DNA of 64,000 nucleotides from Eledone cirrhosa (Eukaryota). Shown in pieces: positions 11,959-23,238 of this stretch (position 1 is the first letter of the stretch; the number at the start of each line of letters is the position of its first letter). The stretch covers positions 339,512,001 to 339,576,000 of the forward strand of contig OZ024740.1 in the NCBI GenBank assembly GCA_964016885.1, read 5' to 3'. The notes beneath the pieces were generated by a model. That model did not search any database and was not told the origin of the DNA. It saw nothing but the letters and a program-made list of their open reading frames with translations. The position numbers and the translations under genes are program-made.

Positions 11959-11997
11959 TGTGCAATGGCCATACTCGATAACGAGGGGGCAGCCATC
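7597..11997 (+). mobile_element. Near full-length, apparently intact RTE-clade non-LTR retrotransposon (family A)
   Basis: Single long EN-RT ORF with ~620-nt 5' UTR and ~235-nt 3' UTR. It ends in a small hairpin (ctcg-ataa-cgag) plus gcagccatc. The boundaries are defined by flanking ~400-bp direct repeats. Confidence 0.93.
8216..11761 (+). CDS. RTE LINE polyprotein: AP-like endonuclease + reverse transcriptase + 3 C2H2 zinc fingers
   Basis: Uninterrupted 1181-aa ORF. EN motifs WNVRTL, SETR, SVYAP, GDFNA, LDY, TDH. RT motifs NYRGISLL, QSGFR, DLTKAFD, GVKQG, YADD, YLGS. RTE C-terminal LRWSGHLARM...RIPKQLFYGEL. Fingers CSVC..HLRSH, CQTC..HAKVH, CRLC..HIRSQH. Confidence 0.96.
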   Translation: MMFQNNVNEIIANLGSGTKKIIGNKGRGPKLSQPGPARHRAIVIEPNRAFSLGCWNVRTLLDRDSLERPERRTALVAKELRRYDLDIVALSETRLAGDGHLTEFCGEYTFFWKGRDEGTRREAGVGFAVKTVLVNKLEEFPVGISERLMSMRVPLDKGRYATLVSVYAPTMNSVDEEKLSFYHALKGVLRNIPQADKVIVLGDFNARVGRDFNTWNVIGRHGVGKCNSNGMLLLQMCEELDLCVTSTMFQQKNKFKTTWMHPASKEWHLLDYVLVRMRDRQDVRCVRVLRGAECWTDHRLVRAKVNLITKRKIRAPGVTLPKRLNAARLKDKNVKRTLEEEMQAADLGEDWPTLKKSVYDVGRRVLGLVQRKHQDWFDEKDVHIDDLLADKRRALSRYLTARPQERNTLHEELRDVKSRVRRSLSQMKDQWWSEKAGEVQTASDCNNTKLLYSLLREVYGPSSSLVTPIRSRDGKELLRDSQGILRRWREHFDDLLNQPSVVGEDFLNLIPESPVKVALAEPPTLVEVAVAISKLNSGRSPGMDGIHAELLQYGGERLLQHLHSLFGGIWANESVPEDWRDAVMVVLYKGKGNRNDCGNYRGISLLSVVGKVLCRVLLDRLLTHIADCVLPESQSGFRVGRGTTDMIFSARQLQEKCIEQGLDLYQVFVDLTKAFDTVNRDALWKVLQKLGCPDKFLALVRSFHDDMKAWVNVGGNMSEPISVKNGVKQGDIPAPTLFAIYFAMVFCIAFRNCEHGVYIRYRTSGSIFNIRRFAAKTKVFTSVIRDLLYADDCDLVAHTESDMQHILNVFSDACTALGLTVSLKKTVVMYQPAPGRQYTEPNIYVYGKRLGVVDQFVYLGSTVNRYGNLDSEISLRIRKASDAFGKLERRLWGRRDICRRTKVRVYRACVLSCLLYACETWVTYRRHLKQLERFHQMCLRRIHGVRWRDHISDVEILESSMCDSIEALVLKQRLRWSGHLARMKDSRIPKQLFYGELVKGKRPPHKPKKRYKDSLKASLKDANISADTWENIAADRNKWRKTVYEGKVAFEASRIAHEKVKRDVRKGIAVALPDGEGPPMFLTCSVCARLCLSKAGLESHLRSHKVRPVVDYQAAVGDATHHACQTCGRECKSAGGLKRHAKVHELQPQPTIPSKCFGCRLCARHFGSLAGLKSHIRSQHC

Positions 11998-12339
11998 ATG
12001 TATATACATATATGTAAGTATCATCATCATTTTACGTACATTTTTCCCTGCTTGCAAGGGTGGGACGGGAATTGATTCTGGCTTGATTTCTACAGCTGGA
12101 TGCCCTTCCTAACACCAACCTCATTTACAGTTATAGCTGGGTGCTTTTTTTCCATGGCACTCCCATGACCACTTTGCAGTGGAATGATAGGAACCCCAGT
12201 CCCTATCATCTCATTTCTACAGCTGAGTAAACTGGAGCAATGTGAAATAAAGTGTCTTGCTCAAGGAAACAACACATCACCCCGTCTGAGAATTGAACTC
12301 ACAACCTTTCGATTGCAAGGCCAATGCTCTAACCACTAA

Positions 12340-12385
<46 letters not shown>

Positions 12386-12401
12386 CTAAGAACATAGATT
12401 T
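11998..12401. repeat. Right copy of ~400-bp direct repeat (putative target-site duplication)
   Basis: Matches 7197-7596. It continues seamlessly into the older RTE fragment (agattt-tacatgtggccgg), whereas the left copy is cut at agattt. Confidence 0.9.
12020..12340 (-). mobile_element. tRNA-derived SINE (inside right repeat)
   Basis: Identical to 7219-7539. Confidence 0.85.
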
Positions 12402-13435
12402 TACATGTGGCCGGTGTTTTGGGGCAATAAGTAGCAGCAAGTGCCCACAAAATACTAGCTCTTTCAACTGCGCAGAGGGTTCTATAGAAATAGTGGACAG
12501 CTTCCGTTACCTGGGTGACAAAATCAGCAGTGGGGGAGGGTGCTCTGAAAGTACAGTAGCTAGAGTCAGAACTGGGTGGAAAAAATTAAAGGGTTCTCCC
12601 TAAAAATGAAAGGCAGGTTGTACGATGCCTGCATACGAACAGCAATGTTGCATGGCAGTGAGACCTGGGCATTGTGTGCAGAGGATATACGCAGACTAGA
12701 GAGAAACGAAGCTTGCATGCTCCGCTGGATGTGTAATAGTAATATACGTGAACGACAAAGCATAAACGAACTAAGGAAAAAATTAGAAATAAGAGGGATC
12801 AGATGTTGTTTACTAGAGAGAAGGCTACGTTGGTATGGTCACATGATGCGCATGAAGGACGATAGCTGTATAACAAAGTGCAGGGTAATAAAGATAGACG
12901 GTAGCCACGGAATAGGCAGACCCAGAAAAACCTGGGACGAGCTGATAAACTCCGACCTCACACAGTTACACCTCACCAAGACAATGTCACTGGACCGAGA
13001 CCTTTGGCGGTACTCAGTAATAGAGAAGACCCGCCTTACCTAAATACAAAGTAAAACCTACTACAGTCAGTAGGCATCTCTAACAAAATACACCCCCGTC
13101 CCACCACCCCCACCCCATCCGCACCACCCCCTCTATGTAAAGTTATGTTGGTGCCACATCATCCAGGCCAAAACAAATGAGATCGTGTAGGTGTCACGAC
13201 AAAAAAACACACAGTCCACGCTGTAATGTGGCCGTGTAGGCAACACGGTAAAAACCTCCCAGACCCACACTGTAAATGTGGTTGGTGTTAGGAAGGGCAT
13301 CCAACTGTAGAAAACCTGCCAGACAGTCCTATGCGAGCAAGACAATCACTCTTGCCTCAAGTGGGAAAACCCCCGTCCAAACCCATGCAAGCGTGGAACA
13401 CGGACGTTAAACGATGATGATGATGATGATGATGA
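12384..13435 (+). mobile_element. 5'-truncated RTE family B copy
   Basis: ORF fragment ...MLHGSETWAL...RLRWYGHMMRM...GRPRKTW, 3' UTR with ggaagggcatcca motif and (gat)n tail. Confidence 0.9.
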
Positions 13436-13526
13436 TATATATATAAATATTGTTAGAAATGAAATCATAACTATTATTTTCCTGGCTTAGGTAGCTGCTA
13501 TTCATGTTCTATCTATTGTGTTTTAG

Positions 13527-14183
13527 TCTAAAATAAATTGAAAATTATTGTCAGAACTAACTCCACTTGAAACCCTAGGTGTTAAATAAATTTCAATTGT
13601 AATATCATTTTCTCAGCAGATCGACATAGGCCATAGAAAATCAATTTTTCAGTCAAAATATCATTGACAGACAATTCCTTGATCTTTTCCTCTCTGCAGT
13701 AATTCCTCCTCCTCTTCTTATGCTTTACTTTTATTCATTTTGTCATATTTACCAATCCATTAATTAATTTTTTATTTAAATCAAATATTTTATTATCCAT
13801 TTATTTTATAGTTTTCTATAAAATAAAATTAAAAAAACAACACTATCTTGGGTTAGCTTTCTAACAATATATATATATTCTATTGATTCTTTGCTGTTTC
13901 AAAAGCCATGCTGAAAAGTAGCTACCTCCACCAATAATATTTCAAACAACCAGAATTGTAGTCTTCTAAATTTTATTACTATTGGTGCAACTATGCTTAT
14001 TGTTAGCAAACTCAACCAAACAGTAATAAAAGCTGCAGAAATTACACTACAACTATAATAAATACTAGCCAAGATAATTTTCTCCTGTTTTCAGTGATAT
14101 TCTCTGGCAATGGCCGACTTTTAAATGATCCATTTCTGTTTATTGATTTAATGCTCCATTACAGTAAAATTTCTTCAGTTTGG
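13527..14183. repeat. Local duplication, copy 2
   Basis: See 4491-5168. Confidence 0.9.
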
Positions 14184-14232
14184 CTAATACAGATTCTATT
14201 GTGAAATGTCTTTATTACACAAGCTGTGTATG

Positions 14233-14264
<32 letters not shown>

Positions 14265-15936
14265 ATCCTGTGTGTCTAAACTTACAATCATGATATTCTC
14301 AATTGAACTAATATCTTACATTAGACACCTTGTTAATTCTACATTGATTATTTTTACATTAATGTCAACAGTTTAGTTTCAATAAACATAGTTCTTATAT
14401 GGTTCAAATTGTTTCCATGAAAGCTAGTATAGCGCATGTCTCAATTAAAAGACTGAAAACAAGAATATAAAAGATAAACCTAAACCAAACAAAACACTGC
14501 TACATTTTCTTTCCTTTGAAAAAGGGGTCTTAACCACCAAAATATTAGAAAATAGATAAAATTATAAACTGCTGGTTTGTTTTGTTTTATTTTCTCTTAC
14601 TTTACTCTTGTTTTCAATCCTATATTTCACACTAGCTTTTCCATAACAATTCAAACCAGATATTTCACAATACCCATACTAGCATGGAAAATAGACATTC
14701 AAACAGTGGTGGTGGTGGTGATGATGATGTCTCATTAGTAGTATAAACTGGACTAAATAGTGCTTTTACTTTCTAGAAATAGCAAAACTGTACTAAGAGA
14801 ATCAGAATGGTGGACAAAATGCTTTGTGCTAGAGTTCAAATCATGCTGGAGTTGACATTGTTGCTCATAATTTCAAAATGAATAAAATCAATATTCATCA
14901 TATATATAGTATTGATTTAATCAACTATACTCTACCTCTAACTTTGTTTTGCCTTCAGTCAATGTGTAAAATTGATATTAAGAGGGAAAAATTTTAGTTT
15001 CATGTAAGATAGAAAAGAATTTGTTATAGAAGGCTATAATAATGCAGACTGAACATTAAATAGGAAAATTGACAATAACAAAATTATTAAATTTTTCAGA
15101 TATATGTTGTATGTCCATTAAGGTGGCATGCCAAATTTGCTGAGGAGGAATTAATAGAACATATGAGAAGGAGTAAATGTTGAACTGTTGCTTGTGTTCC
15201 ACAAGCCATCATTGTCAGAGAAGAGTGACATATGTGTGAGGGAATTATATCAAGTGTGATGTATGGCAACTATAAGAAGTTAAGAAAACAAGAGAGAGGG
15301 AAAATATTCATTTTCTATAATAACCATATGAGATAATTCAGTCTAAACATTATAAACCAGGAGATTCCACATAAATCTCTTGTTATCTCAGCAAAGCAGC
15401 ACTGCTTCAATCCATCTATCTGAGAAAATGTAATAAAATCATAATCAACCCATAGCCAGTAGTACTGATAATGATAACTTTCATAATTAAACTCTAATGA
15501 GATACATTCAGTCATAGCATTATAAATATCACTAAAGCTAAGTAATGTATAATAACAGTAAAACCTAGACTATAGCAAGTAACAATATAGAAATTGTCAT
15601 CAAAAAGAATCACACCGCTTCAATTAAATTGTAACCATTAATTTTTACTATCGCCATGTAATAGGTTGACGATGCAGCTACTATTAATAGCTACACACAG
15701 AGAAATACTTTTCTAAAATTAGAGTAAAACCAACCATTTATCACCTATTAGTAGCTAATTGGGCTCATTGTTAATCTTTCTTGTGTACATGATAAGCATT
15801 GATAGACGAAATTTAATTAGCAGCAACTACTGTATATTTCTGATTTACAACTACAGCTGAGCTTTGAAAATAGACTAACTTAATTCCATTAATTGAATTA
15901 TGTTGTTGACTAGACTGTAATTTTCTTTCTTTGCAG

Positions 15937-16013
15937 CTACTGTTTATATCAGTAATGGCACCAATATTCTGAAAATAAGAAAAGGGCACAAAAAAGAGAG
16001 CATTTTCTCCCAG
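15937..16013 (+). other. Candidate isolated 77-bp exon
   Basis: ttttctttctttgcag acceptor and cag|gtaaag donor, with one open frame (TVYISNGTNILKIRKGHKKESIFSQ). No recognisable homology. Confidence 0.25.
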
Positions 16014-19000
16014 GTAAAGAACTTAAACTTTATTTTTTTTTATTTACTTAATTATTTGCTTTTTCCTAACACAAAAGAAATGTTTTTATTTTAATTATCA
16101 AATCTCTTTGGTAGCTAAGTTGTCCAACTTTAAATTAAACATCTAACAATCATTGTCAATAATAGTGAGCTGAAACTAATTTTGGCAATTATTTAAATGA
16201 AAGGCAATCCATCACTGCTTAAAACAGTTATGAATGGTCTATTGCATTTCAAAATAATTCAGTTCTTTCCAGGTTTTCTTTATTATTTGTATGTTTAAAG
16301 ATACTGATAGTGCCTATGACTTTTTGTAAATCTTCCAAGACCAGAAAAATTCCTGCCATTTATGCTCTGTGTAAAATGTTGCAAGTTTATCCCTCTCGTT
16401 AAAACATGAGTGGGGAGTCCAGAGCGTCGATATTCTGTACAGGACTGACTGGGTATACTGGGCCAGGGTGAAAAGTACAACATGAGTAGTGAGAGAAAAG
16501 AGACATGTGAATTGTGAATGCCAAAGTAGAGGCAGTGTTAGATCAGCCAGCTCTGTGAAACAAAGATCATTGTAGTAGTAGTAGTGGTAGTAGTTGTAGT
16601 AGTAGTAGTAGTAATGGAAGGGAAAGCTCACATGTAGGCCAGTGGCTGTTGCATGTCTGCGAGTGACTTTATGTCAATTAGCCATGCACCAAACTACCCA
16701 CACCAGTAATACACACCAGTTAGTGTGTTAGAAAATTCTGTTTTATTGATTTTTCTCTTAAATTTGTTTGCTTGTCTCATCCAGTTCAATTTTTCAAAAG
16801 CAACTCCTTCTAAAGTTTTGGTATCTATGAAACATATGATGATAATTCATCTAAACCACTATGTTTTTAAATAAGTTTAATACTTTTTTATTCTTTTACT
16901 GGTTTATGTCATCGGGGCACTGCATTGAATGGCTTTAGTTAATGAATCAATCCTAATAGTAGTCTAGTAGTTATTTTAATGATTTGTAAGTTACAGGGCA
17001 TAGACATATGTTTTCAACAAAAATACAGACATGGATACATATATACACATATCTGATGAGCTTCCACACAGTTTCTGTTTACTAACTTTCACTCACAAGA
17101 TGTTCATCAACCCCTCATCTACAGTAGACACTTGCCCAAGATGACATGCAATGGCACTGAACTTGAAACCACAAGCAAACTTCTTAACCACAAAACCATG
17201 TCTGTGCCTATAGTTTAGGCACCATGATTACTGGGATTTAATTTCCATAAGCAACCATTATTAGTTTACTTTTTATTGAATATATTTTTTTCAATTATTC
17301 TCATCTTAAATTCTTGTTTTACTTCGTAATACAACCTCATTAATAAAGAGAAATATTAAAGATGTTCTTAGTTTTCACCTGATAAACACGAAATCATAAA
17401 TTATAAGAAACAGAGAGAAGGAAGCAATGAGAAAGAGAGTAAAAGTTAATGATTTAAAGTTTCTGAGATGAAATCTCTAGTGTCAAGCATTGAAGATACA
17501 AGGAAGGCTAATGGCAGAACTAGGATTGTTTCATCAAATTAATTATTGCAAAGAATCTCTTGGTAACCAGGAGAAAATTAAAATAAAACAAATGAGGAAA
17601 TTTTATATTCTTTAAATGTGTTTAGATATATTATAAATGAAGATTAATAACCATTATACAACAAACAAACAAAATACATTAATTTCAACTGAAATTTTGA
17701 TGAGGTGAAAATGTTGAGGTTCAGTGAAAAATGAGGATTTTAGAACCAAAAAAATATCAAAGCCTGGCGAAAAAGGATTAGTTTTAAACATGGAAATATA
17801 AAGTAAAACCAACTAGGAACAAATTCTATGAGAAATAGAATCGGTATGAATTTGTAATGAAGCCACAATCATCTCTCATGACAAACGATCAATATTTAAA
17901 TAGTATACTTGTTTTGTAATTAGTCCCAGACTACTTCACAGCTTGAAGACGAGACTTCAGGAGTGAGAAAATTGAGTAGGTATAAATTTAACTGGCAGTA
18001 AGGATCAAGAGAGCAATTTGGCGACATTAATACCAAATTGATTGAAATCAGTAATGGTGTGAAACATTTAAACTTAAATCAATAAAGTGCTATTCTGTTG
18101 CACAAAATGTTGTTTGAAGAGATGTTATGAAATGTGGATAGTAGATTCTGTGCTTCACATTTAGAATAGAAAAAAGAGACAAGAGACAAGCAGAGATCTT
18201 TCTGTCAAAAGATTTTATTGAAGTCTCTTAGGGAGACCTAAATTGTATAAGAGGAAAAAGGTCAGCAGATAGTCTTTTAAAGAGTAATCATTAATGGGTA
18301 CATTAACAAGTATATTGATAGTGTGAGGTTTAGAGGTTTGTCTGTTAAACACATAATCTTTAAGTTGTGAGATCGGTTCGCAGACAGGGTGGTGTGTCTT
18401 TGAGCAGGACACTTTATTTCAGATTGGACCAGTCCAAAAATTAGTACCAGCAGCTGGCAGTTAACTGTCCAATGAACTAGCATCCTGTCTGATCACTTAA
18501 CACACATGAAATTGAGATAAGCTCCTGTCAGATGAGCTTTTAGCCTGAAGAAAGACTTTAAAAGAGTATACATCTAAGATTGATTTTATATCAGACTTTT
18601 CAGTATATTAAAATAGAATAAGAATATTGAGTAGAGATTTTGTGAAGGAAAATATATTCTATGTTTCTGTTTCTTATTCATTGAAGTCTTTTTAGTTATG
18701 ATACTGTAGTTGAGTGCAGTATAGTTTAGTGTTGTAGTTGTGGTGATATTATGTAGTGTTGTAGAGCAATGTGATGTTTTGTTGTAGGACTCTCTTAAGT
18801 AATATAGAGTTATGAGGCAGTACAGTACTATAAAGCGGTTATAGCAGCAGGAAATATAGTATGGTGTATTGCTGTGAGGTTGTGTAGTGTAATGGCATCT
18901 TTATGGTGATGAGCAGTGTAGTGTTGTGGAGACATTGTTGTCAATCATGTTTAAATCTAGATCATCTCTGTTTAAGCTTACCTATGATGTCTGAACCATG

Positions 19001-20494
19001 ATTATCCCATCTTATTTCCAGACAATATATCTACAGCTACCTTATCCAATGTGTTCCTCATTTAAGTTGGTAGTGTCATGTAGTTCAGTGCTGAGCACTA
19101 AGAGTAGTTTTGTGGTATAGAGTGTTTATAGTGTTGGGTAGTGTAGTGTAGTTTAGTTCAGTACTGGGATACTATAGAGTTGTGCTGGAGCAGTTACAGT
19201 AGTGCTGTGATTGAGTGGTTATGGTGTTGAGCAGTGTAGTGCAGTTTAGTGTTGTAAAGACTCCTTCATTGGCTCATGTATGGGTGTGGTGCAATATATA
19301 ACCATAGTTTTCGATAGGGCAAAAATTAAAGAGAAATAGAACCATATTTCAAAGCATGCAAATCATCACATGCTCTGGGCTAAGAATTCCATTGTTTCAT
19401 TAATTATAAAATCCCCTAAGACTGAATTTGGGAATGAAGCTTTGGTTAGGAGATATGTGTTCCCACTTAAAGATGTAAATCTACTGTATTGTCTAAGAAT
19501 ACCTAATAAATGTGGCATTATATCCTTTTTCAAATCTCTTTGTTTATGCATTTGTTATTGAGTATTAAAAGAGGTTAAGAATTTAACTTCCTTTTGATCC
19601 CATTCCTATCTTTGAGCTATCCAATTAATCTGAACAAATGAAAATTCTACTCAACTTGACTCTTGACTTCTAATTAGAACCCAGTATTATTGCTTTTAAT
19701 TAAAGAAAATTTCTAAGGCTTTCTAATTATTTATTGTTAGCCTACGTCCCTTTTATATTATCTTTTCAATGTTAACTTCTTCCCAACCATTCAGCTTTGA
19801 CAATTTCAATCGTTTTAATATGCATGCACAATTCTATATATATTGCCATTATCTTTTAATGTTTGTTCTGTAGTTCTCTAATTGCTCTTCCACTATTACT
19901 TCATCGATGGTTCTTAGAATAAACATTTAAACTATTCCTTGAGTAGTTCCTAATAGAAGAATTACTTACACTACTTTGGTATTTCAGTGATTTAACTTAA
20001 ATTGGCCACCAATCGGATCAAGACAGTTTGCTAATGAATATTCAGTTAACATTCTTCATTTGGTCATACCGTGCCAAACAGATCGACTCTAGTATTTTAG
20101 TGAGCTATGAGATAATTCATGGGTCATTTCAGATGGTTTATGCAATTATTGATAGATCTTCTATTGGTTTCAACATTGAGTATCCAGTTGTTTGATCAAC
20201 TGAAATATTAAACTGCCTGAACCCTCTCTTGGTTCTATGATATGAACCTATTTATTGAAAACCTTCTATCATAATTTTATATATGAATATTTGTTAAATT
20301 AACTTCCAACATCATCTTAATAATGAGAAAGTTAATTTTATTAAATCTTTCTAAATTGTCTATTATTTTTGAAATTATTTAAAAATCATAGGCAGTGTCT
20401 TTCCTTAGAAATATTGTAATGAAAGGGCTAAATTAATATATAAGTGGCTGAGTATTCCACAGATAGAAAGGTTCTATGTGATAAGGCAAGCTCT

Positions 20495-20723
20495 TTAACC
20501 TTTTAGCATTTACATTATTCTATATTTACTATTGTACTTTCACAGTAAACACTTTATCTTACATAACTATCTCACATAATATCAAATCTACGAGATTTTG
20601 ATATTGTTTATTTTGAAAACAATACCTTAACATAAGTATGAGCAGCCAGTTATAGCTGGTTTGAACAGAAAGAGGTGAGAGAATTCTGGCTGGATACAAC
20701 CGGTTTAAATGCTAAAGGGTTAA
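20495..20723 (+). mobile_element. piggyBac-type MITE
   Basis: TTAA-ccttttagcattta ... taaatgctaaaggg-TTAA terminal inverted repeats. A second copy lies at 25344-25557. Confidence 0.75.
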
Positions 20724-23046
20724 ATTACCACACCATTTCTGTCTTCCCAATTTTACTCAGAGGGCTTGGATTGACCTAAGGTTATGATAAAAGACACTTG
20801 CCCAAGATTCTATGCATTAGCATCAAACCAGGAACTTCCTGACTGTGAAGAAAACGTTTTAACCACTCAGCCATGTCTGCATCTATAATCCAATTATTAA
20901 TCCAATTATTTCATTGCTGTCTCTGTCTCTGATATTTACATTGATATAGAAATAGATATTTAAATGTTTATTCTGCTAATCTACAAGACAGTGGTACAAC
21001 ACAGCCATAGAGCAGAATTGGCAGACTACCATTTAATTTTTATTTACATTCCTTAATGTTATGAATTCAAATCTAACAGAGTTTGATGAAATAACTAACA
21101 TATACAAAAATATAGCTGAAGGGTTAAGGATTTCAGTTCACAATCACTTGGTCTCAGGTTCTATCCCCATAGCCTAGCACATTGGGAAAGTGTCTCCTAC
21201 CACATCTTCAGACTGACCAGTATTTTACAAGGGAAATATGGTAGGCAGAAATTGTGCAGAAGCCCATCACATATGTGTATGTGTGTGTGCATATGTGGTT
21301 ATGTGTGTGTATGTGTGTCTTTCATTGGTGTGAATCATTTATTAATCCATTGGAAACCTATAACCAATAATGTTATTGTTCACCAGTTGCAATATGAAAT
21401 AAATAAATTAATAGATACTGGAGTTGATTTAATCAACTGCTTCCTTTCACTAAATTTTGAACCTTGTGGCTATATTAGAAATATGTATTACTTTATCTAT
21501 TTTCTTCCTTTACACTGAGATATAATATTGATCCCTTTCATAGATAGAGGTACAAAATATAGGAAGTAGTTACATTCATCTTTTCTTTGATAGCTTTGTG
21601 GCTCTAATACAACACATATATAGGTTTGTGGTTAGGAAGTTTGATTTGAAACCATGTGTTTCTAGGTTTGATTCTATGGCAACCTTCAAAAGACATTATT
21701 TATCAAACAAAGCAATGGACAACAAGAATTAAAATTACACTGAAAGAAAAAGAAAAAAAGAAAAAAGAAATGCTATGCACATACTACCACATTTACACAC
21801 CACAACAAGAAAAGTTAATGTTATCTTCTAAAACATTTTGAGGCCACCCAAAGCCCTCACCACATTACAGCGAGTGACAGTGAGGCTGAGGCACTTTGAC
21901 AGTTATTTTCCTGATTTTATCATCCAACATCTCACACTTAATAATGGTTTATAATTTAGGCACAAAGCCAGCAATTTGAAGAAATGTAAAGTCAATTAAA
22001 TCAACTCCAACATTTGATTAGTATTTTATTTTATTGACCCCCCCAGAAGAACAAAAAGTAAAGTGGACCTCAGCAGGTTGTGAACTCAAAAGGTAAAGAG
22101 CCAATCAAAATATCTAACAATTCTATCAACCCACTATCTTTTCCATACAATATAATGTCTTTTAAATTGGACATAAGGTTATACATTTTAAAGGAATGGT
22201 ATAGTGAATTAGAATTAGAGAGCAGTATAGTCAATTATGTTAAGCAATGTACTTATGAACACCTGAAAGATGAAAGGCAAATTCTATGCATGTGATAATA
22301 ATGATAGAGTGAAGCAAGGCTGTCAAGATTTATATATAACAGAAGTTCTATTGCTATTGATTTATATCTTTGTTACTGCTATAATTTCCCAAATACTTTA
22401 CACCTGCTTTGTTTGGAATCTAAGGTTTGATTAGCACCTTCATATTAGTTCCCATGAAAGCACTCTCTTAAACAGAGATCCTAAAACCAAAGACTAAAGA
22501 GGTCAAGAGATATCTGTTGGAAGTTCATTGTGTGTGTAGATATCATGTGACCTAAATGGTTTGATATCCTCATCTCTCTCTCCTCTATTATACAAACACA
22601 TATTCTATCTACTACATGTCTCTCTTGTATTTCCTCTCTCTTGATAAACTAAGGCTAGATATGAAATATAGAATATAGTCACTGTTGAAATACTTTGATC
22701 TAACTTGGTGCTAACAACAACTCACATTAGATATTAGGGAATTACATAATTAATTAGAGTGTACGTCATTACCCAAATGAGAGAGATGTAAGTGTTTTGT
22801 TGTTAAATTCTATATTATTACAGACTGGATCTGTGGAAATTGCATATTTTATAAATGTTCTTATTTTTATGAGTATGTTGATGCATAATTTATAGATCAT
22901 TTTATCATCATGTTAGATATTTCGATTATGTCACTGATTTTGCTCAACATTTAAGTTTGTCAGGAGCAGAACACTTGAACTTGTTTCATTACGTTAAAGA
23001 TTTAAATAATCACTTCAATTTTATTTCATTGTTAAGGTTATTTAAA

Positions 23047-23238
23047 TAATTGTTTCTACTTTTTGGCACAAGGCCAGCAATTATCCCAGTGCATTACTGG
23101 TACTTTATTTTATCGACCCCTAAAGGATGAACGGCAAAGTTAACCTCGGCGGGATTTGAACTCAGATCATACAGGGAGGTAACTCTATGCTTCAAAGCAT
23201 GGCGTCCGACCCTCTACCGATACTGCCAATCCACCGCC
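23047..23238 (-). mobile_element. Second tRNA-derived SINE family (Nin-domain-like); best-preserved copy
   Basis: Minus strand A box tggcagtatcggt, B box gagttcaaatccc, core ttgccgttcatcctttaggggtcgataaaataaagtaccag. Decayed relatives lie near 70-190, 23880-24010, 25690-25800, 26630-26760, 27900-28060, 50270-50410 and 57770-57890. Confidence 0.7.

Noticed and set aside
7197-12401. LTR retrotransposon interpretation of the direct repeats
   Set aside because: No TG...CA ends, PBS/PPT, gag or integrase. The ORF is non-LTR type and the repeat is made of pre-existing SINE and microsatellite sequence.
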